64,000 bases of DNA from Bacteroidota bacterium. GTDB taxonomy: Bacteria > Bacteroidota > Bacteroidia > Cytophagales > Cyclobacteriaceae. The stretch is taken from the NCBI GenBank assembly GCA_039198955.1, contig JBCCTI010000031.1, positions 2,046-66,045 on the forward strand, read 5' to 3'. Shown here in pieces: positions 26,470 to 36,345 of the stretch. Numbering within the stretch: position 1 is the first letter of the stretch; each line of letters starts with the position of its first letter. The notes under the pieces were generated by a model. That model saw only the letters and a list, made by a program, of their open reading frames with translations. It was not told where the DNA came from and ran no database searches. Made by a program: the position numbers and the translations under genes.

Positions 26470-27039
26470 ATGCAGAGCTATATTGACATGGCAGAGAAAA
26501 ACGGGGTTACGCTCTATAGCGAAGGTTCGTGTCAGTTTTGTGGGGCAAACACTACCCGTGGCGTTCACGAGTGCGTTGAAATCTTCAGCCTAGGTTTCCA
26601 ACTGATTGATTATTATAAGCCAGAAAATCATATTTATCGCTTCCTCAGTGTTGATGCTCATACGCTTCAACACTCCGAAATTCACGGAAGGTGGAACAAT
26701 CACTTTCACCTCACTCGGCAACACCTAATTTTTGAGTATAAAGTTGCTTGGAACTACGGCTTGTCACCAAAACTTAGCGACCATTTAAATGCGTATAAAG
26801 CTAACAGAGGTGATGAGTTTTTAGATCCCCCCAAAGTTTCAGAGCGAGGGTCGGTTACTACCACTGATGTTCGCGATAATGCTACGAATGAAGCCGAGTG
26901 CCAAACGATGATTGAAACGTGGGGACAGGAGGTATATCGGTCTTGGAACCAGTACCATGCACTAGTTGATAAAATTGCTCAAGGGTTCATAAATAAGAAT
27001 AGCAGCAAACTTCCCAGGAGGAAATTACCTTTAGAATAG
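26470..27039 (+). CDS. DUF5946-like hypothetical protein inserted between trpC and trpF
   Basis: CxxCG...EC and VDAHTLQH motifs. Confidence 0.55.
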   Translation: MQSYIDMAEKNGVTLYSEGSCQFCGANTTRGVHECVEIFSLGFQLIDYYKPENHIYRFLSVDAHTLQHSEIHGRWNNHFHLTRQHLIFEYKVAWNYGLSPKLSDHLNAYKANRGDEFLDPPKVSERGSVTTTDVRDNATNEAECQTMIETWGQEVYRSWNQYHALVDKIAQGFINKNSSKLPRRKLPLE

Positions 27040-27074
27040 TCACACAACCTTTTATTGATAGACACACCTGCGGT

Positions 27075-27716
27075 ATGAAACTCAAGATTTGCGGAATGAA
27101 GTACGCCGATAACCTGCGGGAAGTAGCTGCCCTTCAGCCAGACTATCTGGGTTTTATCCTCTACGAAAAATCACCCCGATATATGGCAAGCAGTCTTAAT
27201 CCTGAAGAACTGGCGGCTATTCCCGAGCGGATCCAGAAAGTAGGGGTGTTTGTCAATGCCACAAGTGAATATATGATTCATGGAGCCGAACGTTTTGGCT
27301 TAAATGGATTACAGCTACACGGCGATGAACCTCCTGAGCAGTGTCAGAAACTGAAAGATGCAGGCTACTTCGTGATAAAAGTATTCCGACTAGGTAACGG
27401 ATATTTTGATTTCTCTCAGCTGATGGCTTATGAAGCTTACGTTGACTATTTTTTATTTGATACCCAAACCCCAAATTACGGTGGCTCTGGTCATACTTTT
27501 GATTGGTCGCAACTTGAAGAATACACTCTCACTACTCCCTTTCTTCTCAGCGGTGGCATTAGTCTAGAAAATTTAGAAGAGGCTCTCGAGCTAGATCATC
27601 CTCAATTCGCTGGTTTGGACGTTAATAGCCGCTTTGAGATTGAACCGGGACGAAAGGATATTGATCGATTGCAGAAGTTAGTGAATAAAATACATAGAAT
27701 CCGCTTAGAAGGTTGA
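27075..27716 (+). CDS. trpF: Phosphoribosylanthranilate isomerase
   Basis: MKLKICGMK, GFI.Y..SPR, VGVFVN, QLHG, LFDT, GGSG..FDW, LSGGI and DVNSRFE. Confidence 0.93.
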   Translation: MKLKICGMKYADNLREVAALQPDYLGFILYEKSPRYMASSLNPEELAAIPERIQKVGVFVNATSEYMIHGAERFGLNGLQLHGDEPPEQCQKLKDAGYFVIKVFRLGNGYFDFSQLMAYEAYVDYFLFDTQTPNYGGSGHTFDWSQLEEYTLTTPFLLSGGISLENLEEALELDHPQFAGLDVNSRFEIEPGRKDIDRLQKLVNKIHRIRLEG

Positions 27717-27749
27717 TTAGATGTACGACAAAATGCAGGTTTTCTTACT

Positions 27750-27821
27750 GGATGAGCAAAGCGAATTCCGGTATCTCTGTACTTATTACCAGTGAGACCC
27801 CGGAATTCGCTTCGCTCATCC
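27750..27821. repeat. REP-like inverted doublet between convergent genes
   Basis: GGATGAGCAAAGCGAATTCCGG (27750-27771) vs CCGGAATTCGCTTCGCTCATCC (27800-27821): 21 of 22 nt complementary, 28-nt spacer. Confidence 0.8.
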
Positions 27822-27905
27822 GGGGAGAGATTTATATTTTTCTACATTTTGTCGCACACTCGGTTGATTCGCCAATTTTTGATAGAGAAGATGGTTTAGC
27901 CATAG

Positions 27906-30512
27906 CTACTCGCTCCGCAAGCTCTTCACTGGATTTACGGTGGAAGCTTTAATGGTTTGATAACTTACTGTCAACAAAGTAACCAATAAAGCCCCCAAAG
28001 CTGCGATAGCAAATACCCACCAGTTTAGATCGGTACGGTACTCGTAATTCTGTAACCAATCGCGAGCAAAGTAGTAGGCGAGCGGAATGGCTACCAGACA
28101 GGCAATTAGAATCAAGCCCAGAAATTCTTTAGAAAGCAACTGCCATAGATTGGTTACCGAAGCCCCCAACACCTTGCGAATACCGATTTCTTTGGTTCGT
28201 CGTTCGGCCACAAACGAAGCCAGTCCAAACAAGCCCAGACAACTGATAAAAATAGCCAGGATAGCGAAGAAACCCGATAGCTTGCCTACCCGAATTTCAG
28301 TACTAAATTTTTGAGCGTACTGTTCATCGGTAAAGTTGTACTCAAATGGATTGACCGGATCAAATTTTTTGTAAACAGATTCAATATCCGCCAAGGCTTG
28401 CTTCGTACTTACATCGGGTTTTAGTTTGATGTTGAGAACGTCAGATCGGTTGTAGTCAATAAAGAAAATCATTTGCCTCACCGGAGCGTAGGGCGACTGG
28501 GTAACCATATCTTCTACCACCCCAATAATGGTGTAGGTTCCATTGTCACCCCAATCTACCTGCTCACCAACCGGGTCATCAAAACCCATATATTCGGCGG
28601 CAGTTTCATTAATCACAAAGCCCAGAGAATCGGTAGCGAAATCGCGAGAAAAATCGCGGCCTTCTACAATATTCCAGTCGATGGTTTTACCGAACTCGTG
28701 GGTAGCCCGCATAGTGACAAATTCGTCCTGCATGCCAGCGGGTTTGCCCCGCCAGTCAAGACCACTGTTAGTCGTGCCCATCTGGGTAATAGGAGATGCC
28801 GATTTAGCTACCTCCTCTACTACTCCAGTTTGTAATAATTCGTTTCGAAAAGCATTGAAACGTTGATTTACTTCGCCTCTTGCCGGAACAGTAAACAGAC
28901 GATCAGTATTGTATCCAATTGGGCGATTTTTAACAAATTGGATTTGCTGGAAAACGATCATTGTACCAATAATCAGACTGACCGAAACGGCAAACTGGGT
29001 GACCACCAGCATTTTACGCGGTAGGGCAGCCAACCGTCCGGTTCGGAAAGTTCCTTTCAGCACGCGCACGGCTTTTAGCGAAGAAAGATACAGTGCCGGA
29101 TAGCTTCCTGCTAATGTTCCGGTGAGCAGAACAAAGCCTAACCCGACTAGCCAAAATAAGGGGTTAGACCATAGAATACTTATTCCTTTATTAGCTACTT
29201 CATTGAAAGCAGGAAGAATTAACCACACCAGCAAGATGGCAACCACAAACGATAAGGCGGCGATCAGCATAGACTCGGTGAAGAACTGATGAATCAATTG
29301 ACTACGTAGTGAACCGATAGCTTTGCGAACGCCTATTTCCTTCGCTCGTTTCTCTGAGCGGGCTGTACTCAGATTCATAAAGTTGATACAAGCCAGCAGT
29401 AGCACAAACACTCCAATGATGCCAAACAACCATACGTATTGAATCCGACCACCTACACTCGCTCCTTCTTTAAAATCTGAATGCAGATATACTCTCGACA
29501 TAGGATGCAGAAACAACTCAGGATTAAACCTTGCCCCTTCATCCTCGTTTACCCGTTTCTTTTTTGCATCTTTAATCGCTACCGAGACCTGCTCCATATC
29601 AGCGTGATCAGCAATTTGCACCATCGTTTGAAACCAACTATTCCCCCAACTTAGCCAGTCTGGTAAATCTTTCAGGTACAATTCCCACGGGGCAATAAAC
29701 TCTACCTCGCCAAAACTAGAGTTATCAGGAATGTCTTCATACACGCCAGTAACTTTCACTTCTCTGTTGCTTACTAACAAAATCTGATTAATCGGGTCTT
29801 GATCGCCAAAAAAGGCTTGTGCGGCTGATTCAGCCAGTAGAACAGAATTAGGTTCTACCAAACCTTGCTGAGTACCACTGAGCATTTGTAATGTCAGCAT
29901 TTCTGGAGCAGTTGCTTCCATGAACATACCCGTTTTAGTCAATGCCTTATCGTCCTTTCGCAGTGTGCGGTCTTGCTGAAAACTCGCCATGATGATGTGC
30001 TCAAAGTGTGTTCCGTAATTTTCTCTTAGTTCGGGAGCCAATTGCTTCGCCTGCGACCACCAGGTTCGAGTTTCCCCCTCAAAATTTTGGTTCTGCATCA
30101 CCCAGGCAATACGGTCGTAGTTCTGGTGATATTTGTTAAACGATAATTCGTCATGCAGCCAAAGACCGATGAGCAGGGCAACGGCCATACCGACGGACAA
30201 CCCACTGATGTTAATTAGCGAGTAGCCTTTGTGTTTTAAAATATTTCTCCAGCCAATTTTAAAATAGTTACGGTACATAGTGTAGTAATTTGGGTGATAT
30301 AATGTTGATAAATTTCTTATTGCGAAGGGGCGCAGATAATGGAAGACCTGGTACCAGTAGTTTCGTCTGGCTTTAGATACTGAATGCTCTTCCAGTGTTT
30401 GATAAAACTTCTCCTCTAAATCCCCTTCTACCTCCTCAGCTAGTTCATTCCGGAGAAACCAGTGCAGAAATCGCTGGGCAGACTTGGGGGGATTGTATTT
30501 ATGCGGTTTCAA
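27906..30512 (-). CDS. MacB/FtsX-family ABC permease with N-terminal permease-prefix domain
   Basis: LLACINFMNLSTARSEKRAKEIGVRK, ERRTKEIGIRKVLGAS and NPVKSLRSE; TTG start, internal ATG at 30278. Confidence 0.9.
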   Translation of the reverse strand: MKPHKYNPPKSAQRFLHWFLRNELAEEVEGDLEEKFYQTLEEHSVSKARRNYWYQVFHYLRPFAIRNLSTLYHPNYYTMYRNYFKIGWRNILKHKGYSLINISGLSVGMAVALLIGLWLHDELSFNKYHQNYDRIAWVMQNQNFEGETRTWWSQAKQLAPELRENYGTHFEHIIMASFQQDRTLRKDDKALTKTGMFMEATAPEMLTLQMLSGTQQGLVEPNSVLLAESAAQAFFGDQDPINQILLVSNREVKVTGVYEDIPDNSSFGEVEFIAPWELYLKDLPDWLSWGNSWFQTMVQIADHADMEQVSVAIKDAKKKRVNEDEGARFNPELFLHPMSRVYLHSDFKEGASVGGRIQYVWLFGIIGVFVLLLACINFMNLSTARSEKRAKEIGVRKAIGSLRSQLIHQFFTESMLIAALSFVVAILLVWLILPAFNEVANKGISILWSNPLFWLVGLGFVLLTGTLAGSYPALYLSSLKAVRVLKGTFRTGRLAALPRKMLVVTQFAVSVSLIIGTMIVFQQIQFVKNRPIGYNTDRLFTVPARGEVNQRFNAFRNELLQTGVVEEVAKSASPITQMGTTNSGLDWRGKPAGMQDEFVTMRATHEFGKTIDWNIVEGRDFSRDFATDSLGFVINETAAEYMGFDDPVGEQVDWGDNGTYTIIGVVEDMVTQSPYAPVRQMIFFIDYNRSDVLNIKLKPDVSTKQALADIESVYKKFDPVNPFEYNFTDEQYAQKFSTEIRVGKLSGFFAILAIFISCLGLFGLASFVAERRTKEIGIRKVLGASVTNLWQLLSKEFLGLILIACLVAIPLAYYFARDWLQNYEYRTDLNWWVFAIAALGALLVTLLTVSYQTIKASTVNPVKSLRSE

Positions 30513-30536
30513 TAGCTAACCATTTATTTTTCTATA

Positions 30537-33137
30537 TTACTCGGATCGCAGGCTTTTTACTGGGTTCATCAGGGCGGCCTTTACTGTTTGATAGCTAACT
30601 GTGGCCAGCGTAATCAGTAAAGCTCCCAAGCCTGCCGCAGTAAAAACCCACCAGCTTAGCTCAATGCGGTAGTCGTATTGCTGAAGCCAACGCTGCATCG
30701 CATAGTAAGCCAACGGAATAGCAATAAAGCAGGAAATGAGTACTAATCTCACGAAATCTTTGGATAGCATTCCCCATAGTGATACTACCGAAGCTCCCAG
30801 TACTTTTCGGATACCTATTTCTTTAGTCCGTCTTTCTGCCAAGTAAGAGGCCAATCCAAACAATCCCAGCGCACTGATGAATATCGCCAGTGCAGCAAAA
30901 ATACCCGCGAGTTTTCCCACCTGGTTTTCCATCGCAAATTTTTCATTGAACTCCTCATCCACAAAACTATACTCGAACGGAAAGGCCGGATTATGCGTCT
31001 CAAAAATGGGTTGGATAGATGTCAGTGCCTCTTGTACGCTCACTCCTGATTTTATCCGAATCAGTATATTACTAGCAATATCAGGAGTGAACATAATAAC
31101 TCCTGGTGCTACCGTCTCAAAGGGATTCAGCATTAATACATCCTCTACCACTCCCACAATCGTCATCTCGCGGCCACCCGAGGTCATGGTTCGGCCAATC
31201 GGATCATCGTAGCCAATGACATCTAAGGCTGTTTCGTTGAGGATCACCGCATTAGAATCCGTAGAAAATTCTGGTGAAAAGGGCCTCCCCTGCCTAAAGG
31301 TGAGTCCCGCAGCTTGTTCGTAATCCCATCCGGTCATTAACGCTTCCAAAGCAATACGGGATTCAGGATCTTTGCCTTCCCAGGAAAAGTCACTCCATTT
31401 ATTGTACACTTCAGTCATAGGACTCGATGTTCGGGCCACCGCCTCCACGTATCCGGTATTTAACAGTGCTTGCTTCAAGGCATTAAAGTTTTGGGCAATG
31501 TCTTCGCTTCCTTGAATAGAGATCAGGTTATCTGGATTGTAGCCGATGGATCGGTTTTTCGCGTAGTTGATCTGGTGAAAAACCACGAGAGTCCCGATGA
31601 TCAACCCGACGGAAATGACAAATTGGAATACCACTAACACTTTCCGAAATACTACTGGTCCTCGACCTTGTGTGAAAGTACCTTTAAGAATCTTGACGGG
31701 TTGGAATGAGGAAAGATACAAGGCTGGATAACTCCCCGCGATCAGCCCAGTGATGAGACAAATACCAAATCCAATCACCCAGAGGAAGCGACTACTTACA
31801 TCTAGCGTGATATGTTCAAAGCCAAGATCTCTTAAATAAGGAAGCCCTATGAACACTAATCCTATTGAGAGTAGAAATGCCAGCAAAGCGATCATTACCG
31901 ACTCACTAAAAAACTGTAAAATGAGTTGGGTTCTGAGTGACCCAATCGCCTTGCGAATGCCCACTTCTTGAGCCCGCTTCTCCGAGCGAGCGGTAGAAAG
32001 GTTCATGAAATTGATACAAGCAATTAGTAGTACCAATACTCCAATAATGCCAAATAGGCGCACGTAGGCAATTTTACCGCCTGCATTCTCCCAGTTTTCG
32101 TACTTATCGTACAAATGAAATTGACCGAAGGGTTGAATACTCAGCTTTTGTTCCGGCGACGCAGGGTCGTTTTCCCGGTTGATAAGGCTGATCTTATCCG
32201 AGAATGCATCCATGGCTACACCTTCATTCACTTCCAAAAATGTCCAGATCACATTACTGCCCCAATTGTCCTGGTACCTTTGTAGAGAGCTATTGGCTAG
32301 GGGGTATTCAAATGGCGCTAAAAACGTGATGTAACTGAAAAATGAGTTTTCTGGTATATCGTTCATTACTCCGGTTACCTGGGCGTCGTACTCATTATTG
32401 ATTCTCACTATCTTACCCATCGGACCATCATCGCCAAAGAGAATTTCAGCTAGCGATTCGGTTAGCACGATGGATTGAGGATCATTCAGAGCAGTCGCAC
32501 GATTACCCTCTATCAAAGGAAAGGAGAACATCTCCAGGAAGTCGGGGTCCACGTATTGACCGATTTGTCGAACCTTCCGTTCATCTGCTATCAGGCTTAC
32601 ATTACCGCTTTTAAAGCGAGTGATATGCCTAATTTCAGGGTAATCATCACTCAAAACTTCGTACAGGGGCAATGGCACAAACAGTTGCGTATCTTTCGTA
32701 TCATTAAAAAGGGTATGTTTTCTGATGATTCCAATACGATCCAGGTTTTCATGAAAAGAATCCGTACTCGTTTCGTAGTGTATCCATAACCCAATGAGCA
32801 AGGCTACCGCCATTCCCACTCCTAGTCCACTGATGTTGATCAGCGAGTATCCTTTATTTTTCAACAGATTTCTCCAGGAAATTTTTACGAAATGATTAAA
32901 CATAGCGTACTGAGTTGGGTGGTGTAATGACGTTAAATTCTTTATCGCGAACGGACGTAGATAATGAAAGACCTGATACCAGTAGTTGCGCTTAGCCCGA
33001 TGTAGTGAGTGTTCTTGTATCGTTTGATAAAATTTCTCTTCCAAATCCCCTTCTACTTCTTCTGCTAATTCATTCCGAAGGAACCAGCGAAGAAACTTCT
33101 GAGCAGACTTAGGAGGGTGTCGGGATGGCGATTTCAA
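30537..33137 (-). CDS. MacB/FtsX-family ABC permease with permease-prefix domain
   Basis: Same signature motifs; TTG start, internal ATG at 32903. Confidence 0.9.
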   Translation of the reverse strand: MKSPSRHPPKSAQKFLRWFLRNELAEEVEGDLEEKFYQTIQEHSLHRAKRNYWYQVFHYLRPFAIKNLTSLHHPTQYAMFNHFVKISWRNLLKNKGYSLINISGLGVGMAVALLIGLWIHYETSTDSFHENLDRIGIIRKHTLFNDTKDTQLFVPLPLYEVLSDDYPEIRHITRFKSGNVSLIADERKVRQIGQYVDPDFLEMFSFPLIEGNRATALNDPQSIVLTESLAEILFGDDGPMGKIVRINNEYDAQVTGVMNDIPENSFFSYITFLAPFEYPLANSSLQRYQDNWGSNVIWTFLEVNEGVAMDAFSDKISLINRENDPASPEQKLSIQPFGQFHLYDKYENWENAGGKIAYVRLFGIIGVLVLLIACINFMNLSTARSEKRAQEVGIRKAIGSLRTQLILQFFSESVMIALLAFLLSIGLVFIGLPYLRDLGFEHITLDVSSRFLWVIGFGICLITGLIAGSYPALYLSSFQPVKILKGTFTQGRGPVVFRKVLVVFQFVISVGLIIGTLVVFHQINYAKNRSIGYNPDNLISIQGSEDIAQNFNALKQALLNTGYVEAVARTSSPMTEVYNKWSDFSWEGKDPESRIALEALMTGWDYEQAAGLTFRQGRPFSPEFSTDSNAVILNETALDVIGYDDPIGRTMTSGGREMTIVGVVEDVLMLNPFETVAPGVIMFTPDIASNILIRIKSGVSVQEALTSIQPIFETHNPAFPFEYSFVDEEFNEKFAMENQVGKLAGIFAALAIFISALGLFGLASYLAERRTKEIGIRKVLGASVVSLWGMLSKDFVRLVLISCFIAIPLAYYAMQRWLQQYDYRIELSWWVFTAAGLGALLITLATVSYQTVKAALMNPVKSLRSE

Positions 33138-33168
33138 TGGTAAGACGCTTGTTTCGTTATCAATTATA

Positions 33169-35835
33169 TTACTCTGATCGTAGATTATCGGCAGGATTAA
33201 CCAGTGCCGCTCGAATGGATTGATAGCTGACGGTAAGCACCGCGATTGTAATAGCTATTAAACCGGCTAAAGCAAATACATCCCACTCAATGGGTATGCG
33301 GTATTCATAATCTTCTAACCAGGTCTGCATGAAATACCAGGCAATAGGAATGGCGATTACCAGCGATATCAAAATGAGTATTAGGTAGTTTTGGGTGAGT
33401 AGGCGGAAGATTTGTCCGAAAGACGCTCCTAAGACTAGCCGGATGCTAACTTCTTTTCGACGTTGTTCCGCCATGAAGGCCGACAGAGCGAATAGGCCAA
33501 GGCAAGCAATGACAATCGCCAGGATAGCAAAACTGGTAAAAATTCGCCCCATGCGTTTTACATCGGCGTACATCATGGCAAAACTCTCATCCAGAAAGGT
33601 GTAACGAATACCTTGGTTAGGAGAAAAACGATCCCACACCGCCGTTACGGCTTCTATTGTTTCTGGCATATCAGCGGTATTAACCTTCACTGATACCACC
33701 GAAGGGCTGTTGCCTAATACCAGGCAGAGTGGGCGAATTTTTTCTTTTAGCGATTGATAATTGAAATCCTGCACCACTCCGATAATCTGCCAGACATCGC
33801 CGCGGTTGGTAATTCGCTCGCCGATGGGATTATCCAACCCCAATTCCTGCGCCATTCGCTGGTTAATGATTACTGCCTGAGAGTCACTAGCCATCTCAAT
33901 ATTGAAGTTTCGCCCTTCCACAATGTTCATACCTATTGTCTGCAGGTAGTCTTCATCCGTACGCCATATCTGGGTTCCTACTCCTACGTCCTCATTTACT
34001 TTTCCCTCTTTCCAAAAAGAATTCTGATTTCTCTTCGTACCAGCAATGGGTAAGTAGTCGCTAACGGATACTTGTTTTACATCTGATAATTGCTGCAACT
34101 CGCTTTTAAAAGCAGGTAGCTGGTTCTCTAAAGTATTAGCACCCTGAAGCAGTATTACCTGTTCTTTATCAAAGCCCACATCTTTAGTGAGGATAAACTG
34201 CATCTGTTGGTAGACGATAGCAGTACTAATAATTAATATGATGGAGGTAGCAAACTGAAAAATAACCAGAGCGCTACGGAGCTTAGAGCTTTTACTACCT
34301 CGAGTCACTTCTCCCTTTAGTACCTGGGCAGGTTTAAAGCGGGAAAGATACACTGAGGGATAAAGCCCGGCTAGAATGCCAATAACTACGGCTAGTGCTA
34401 CTAACACCGGTAAAAACCACCACGCCTGCCAAGGGAAAGTTAAGGTTTTGGCTGATAAATCGTTGAAGTATGGCAGCAGTAAGAATGCTAACAATATCGC
34501 TAAGACAAATGACAAAAAGCTAATTAATAGCGACTCGGTTAGAAACTGATGAACTAGTTGACGGCGAGCCGAACCAATCGCTTTTCGTAGTCCTACTTCC
34601 TTGGCGCGATTGGCCGACTTAGCGGTAAAAAGATTGACAAAGTTAATCCCGGCAATGAGCAAAATAAAGCCCGCAACTGCACCGAATAGCCAGACAAAGC
34701 GTATATCACCGTGATTAAGGCGATCTCTAATACCGTTTGAGTATAAATGGATATCACTGATAGGTTGTAACTCTACGCTTAGGTTTGAGGCAAACGCTTC
34801 AGCATTCACCATACCTCCTTCTTGGAAGCTGGGCAAGAAATAGTTTTGAATGATCCCCTTCGTCAGCTTGGCTTCCAATGCATCAGCCTCGGTTCCAGGC
34901 TGAACCCTAATATAAGTATGGTAGTTGCTCGATCCCCAAGAGGTTTGTTCACCCTCCCAAAATTCCCGACCAGTCATTGTAATTAGAAAATCATATTGAA
35001 AATGAGAGGTGGCCGGAAAATCTTCAAAGACTCCGCCTACTTTGTAGAGCTGACTTTCATCGTTACCAAGTACTAGCGTCTGGCCTAAAGGATTTTCATC
35101 AGGAAATAATTTATTGGCTTGGCTCTGAGAAATGGCGATAGTATTAGGCTCCGCTAAGGCTCTTGGTAGTTCGCCCTGAACAAAGTTGGGCCGGAGTATC
35201 TCTAGCAACTCCTGATCGGCGTAGACAAAACCTTCTTCGTAGATATTCTCAGCCTGATCCGCCCGACGCACTTCTCTACCACCAGCACCAAATAATTCGC
35301 TGGCGTTTATCCTGCCCGAGGCTTCAATTTCTGGAAAGTCGTCTTTTAGTACACTAGCCATTGGGGGTGGAAAATGTATTCCTTTTCGAATCTCCCCCTG
35401 ATCGTTGAATACACCAACTACTCGGTAAATACAATCACCATCCGAATAGTGCTGATCGTAGCTAAGTTCATGCTGAATAAATAAGGTAATTAACAAACAG
35501 GCCGTAATGCCCAGGGCAAGCCCGCCAATCTTAATCAAAGAGTAAGTTTTCTGCTTCCTCAGGTTTCTCCAGCCAATTTTAACATAGCTTTGGTACATAG
35601 CACGATGGGTTAAGTTGTAAAATGTTGTTAGATTACGGATAGCAAATGGTCGTAGATAGTGAAATACCTGATACCAATAATTGCGCTTAGCTTGACCTAA
35701 CGAGTGTTCTTCCAGCGTTTGGTAGAACTTCTCTTCTAAATCCCCTTCTACTTCTTCGGCTAGTTCGCCCCGAAGGAACCAGCGGAGAAAGCGTTGAGCG
35801 AGTTTGGGTGGTACATTGTCAGGATCAGGATTCAC
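33169..35835 (-). CDS. MacB/FtsX-family ABC permease with permease-prefix domain
   Basis: NFVNLFTAKSANRAKEVGLRK and NPADNLRSE; GTG start, internal ATG at 35598. Confidence 0.9.
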   Translation of the reverse strand: MNPDPDNVPPKLAQRFLRWFLRGELAEEVEGDLEEKFYQTLEEHSLGQAKRNYWYQVFHYLRPFAIRNLTTFYNLTHRAMYQSYVKIGWRNLRKQKTYSLIKIGGLALGITACLLITLFIQHELSYDQHYSDGDCIYRVVGVFNDQGEIRKGIHFPPPMASVLKDDFPEIEASGRINASELFGAGGREVRRADQAENIYEEGFVYADQELLEILRPNFVQGELPRALAEPNTIAISQSQANKLFPDENPLGQTLVLGNDESQLYKVGGVFEDFPATSHFQYDFLITMTGREFWEGEQTSWGSSNYHTYIRVQPGTEADALEAKLTKGIIQNYFLPSFQEGGMVNAEAFASNLSVELQPISDIHLYSNGIRDRLNHGDIRFVWLFGAVAGFILLIAGINFVNLFTAKSANRAKEVGLRKAIGSARRQLVHQFLTESLLISFLSFVLAILLAFLLLPYFNDLSAKTLTFPWQAWWFLPVLVALAVVIGILAGLYPSVYLSRFKPAQVLKGEVTRGSKSSKLRSALVIFQFATSIILIISTAIVYQQMQFILTKDVGFDKEQVILLQGANTLENQLPAFKSELQQLSDVKQVSVSDYLPIAGTKRNQNSFWKEGKVNEDVGVGTQIWRTDEDYLQTIGMNIVEGRNFNIEMASDSQAVIINQRMAQELGLDNPIGERITNRGDVWQIIGVVQDFNYQSLKEKIRPLCLVLGNSPSVVSVKVNTADMPETIEAVTAVWDRFSPNQGIRYTFLDESFAMMYADVKRMGRIFTSFAILAIVIACLGLFALSAFMAEQRRKEVSIRLVLGASFGQIFRLLTQNYLILILISLVIAIPIAWYFMQTWLEDYEYRIPIEWDVFALAGLIAITIAVLTVSYQSIRAALVNPADNLRSE

Positions 35836-36330
35836 TGGATGATAAGATTATCAGGATTTTACTTTCTGAATGATTAACTTTTTGCTTTATGTTCTTTACT
35901 GAATAGACGCTTAACCTCGAGGCTCCGCGCCCCAAAATTGATGAGTAATCCTTTATCTATCTTATAAGCTTGTAGATAATTAAGTCCTTGTGCTAGATGA
36001 GCGTCTTCCAGCTGGATGACTGCCTTTAGCTCCACGATTACTTGGTTTTCTACTATAAAGTCAGCCCTTCTAGTACCTACCTGTATATCTTCGTAATAAA
36101 TAGGCATTTCCAACTCCCGCGCAAATCCTAACCCTTGCTTCTCCATTTCAATCGCTAAACACCGTTGGTAAATCACTTCTTGAAACCCGTTGCCCAAAGT
36201 ACTATGAACTTTCGTAGCACACCCGATAATCTTATATGTCAAAGGATCGTTAATATCTTCTTTCATCTTCCAAATTTTTTTAATCGCTAGGTTATAATCC
36301 TGCTAATCCCACCATCCCGTGAATCCTGAT
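35824..36330 (-). mobile_element. GxxExxY cassette bounded by 38-bp imperfect inverted repeats (mobility inferred)
   Basis: 35824-35861 vs the reverse complement of 36293-36330: 32 of 38 identical. Confidence 0.6.
35874..36266 (-). CDS. GxxExxY protein (PD-(D/E)XK nuclease fold)
   Basis: IIGCA..VH..LGNGFQEVIY, RADFIVE...IVELKA, AQ.LNYL and GLLINFG. Confidence 0.92.
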   Translation of the reverse strand: MKEDINDPLTYKIIGCATKVHSTLGNGFQEVIYQRCLAIEMEKQGLGFARELEMPIYYEDIQVGTRRADFIVENQVIVELKAVIQLEDAHLAQGLNYLQAYKIDKGLLINFGARSLEVKRLFSKEHKAKS

Positions 36331-36345
36331 ACTGACATTATAATC

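Noticed and set aside
27713-27952. 79-aa ORF after trpF
   Set aside because: It runs through the REP-like palindrome, overlaps the permease 3' end on the opposite strand, and has no recognisable motif.
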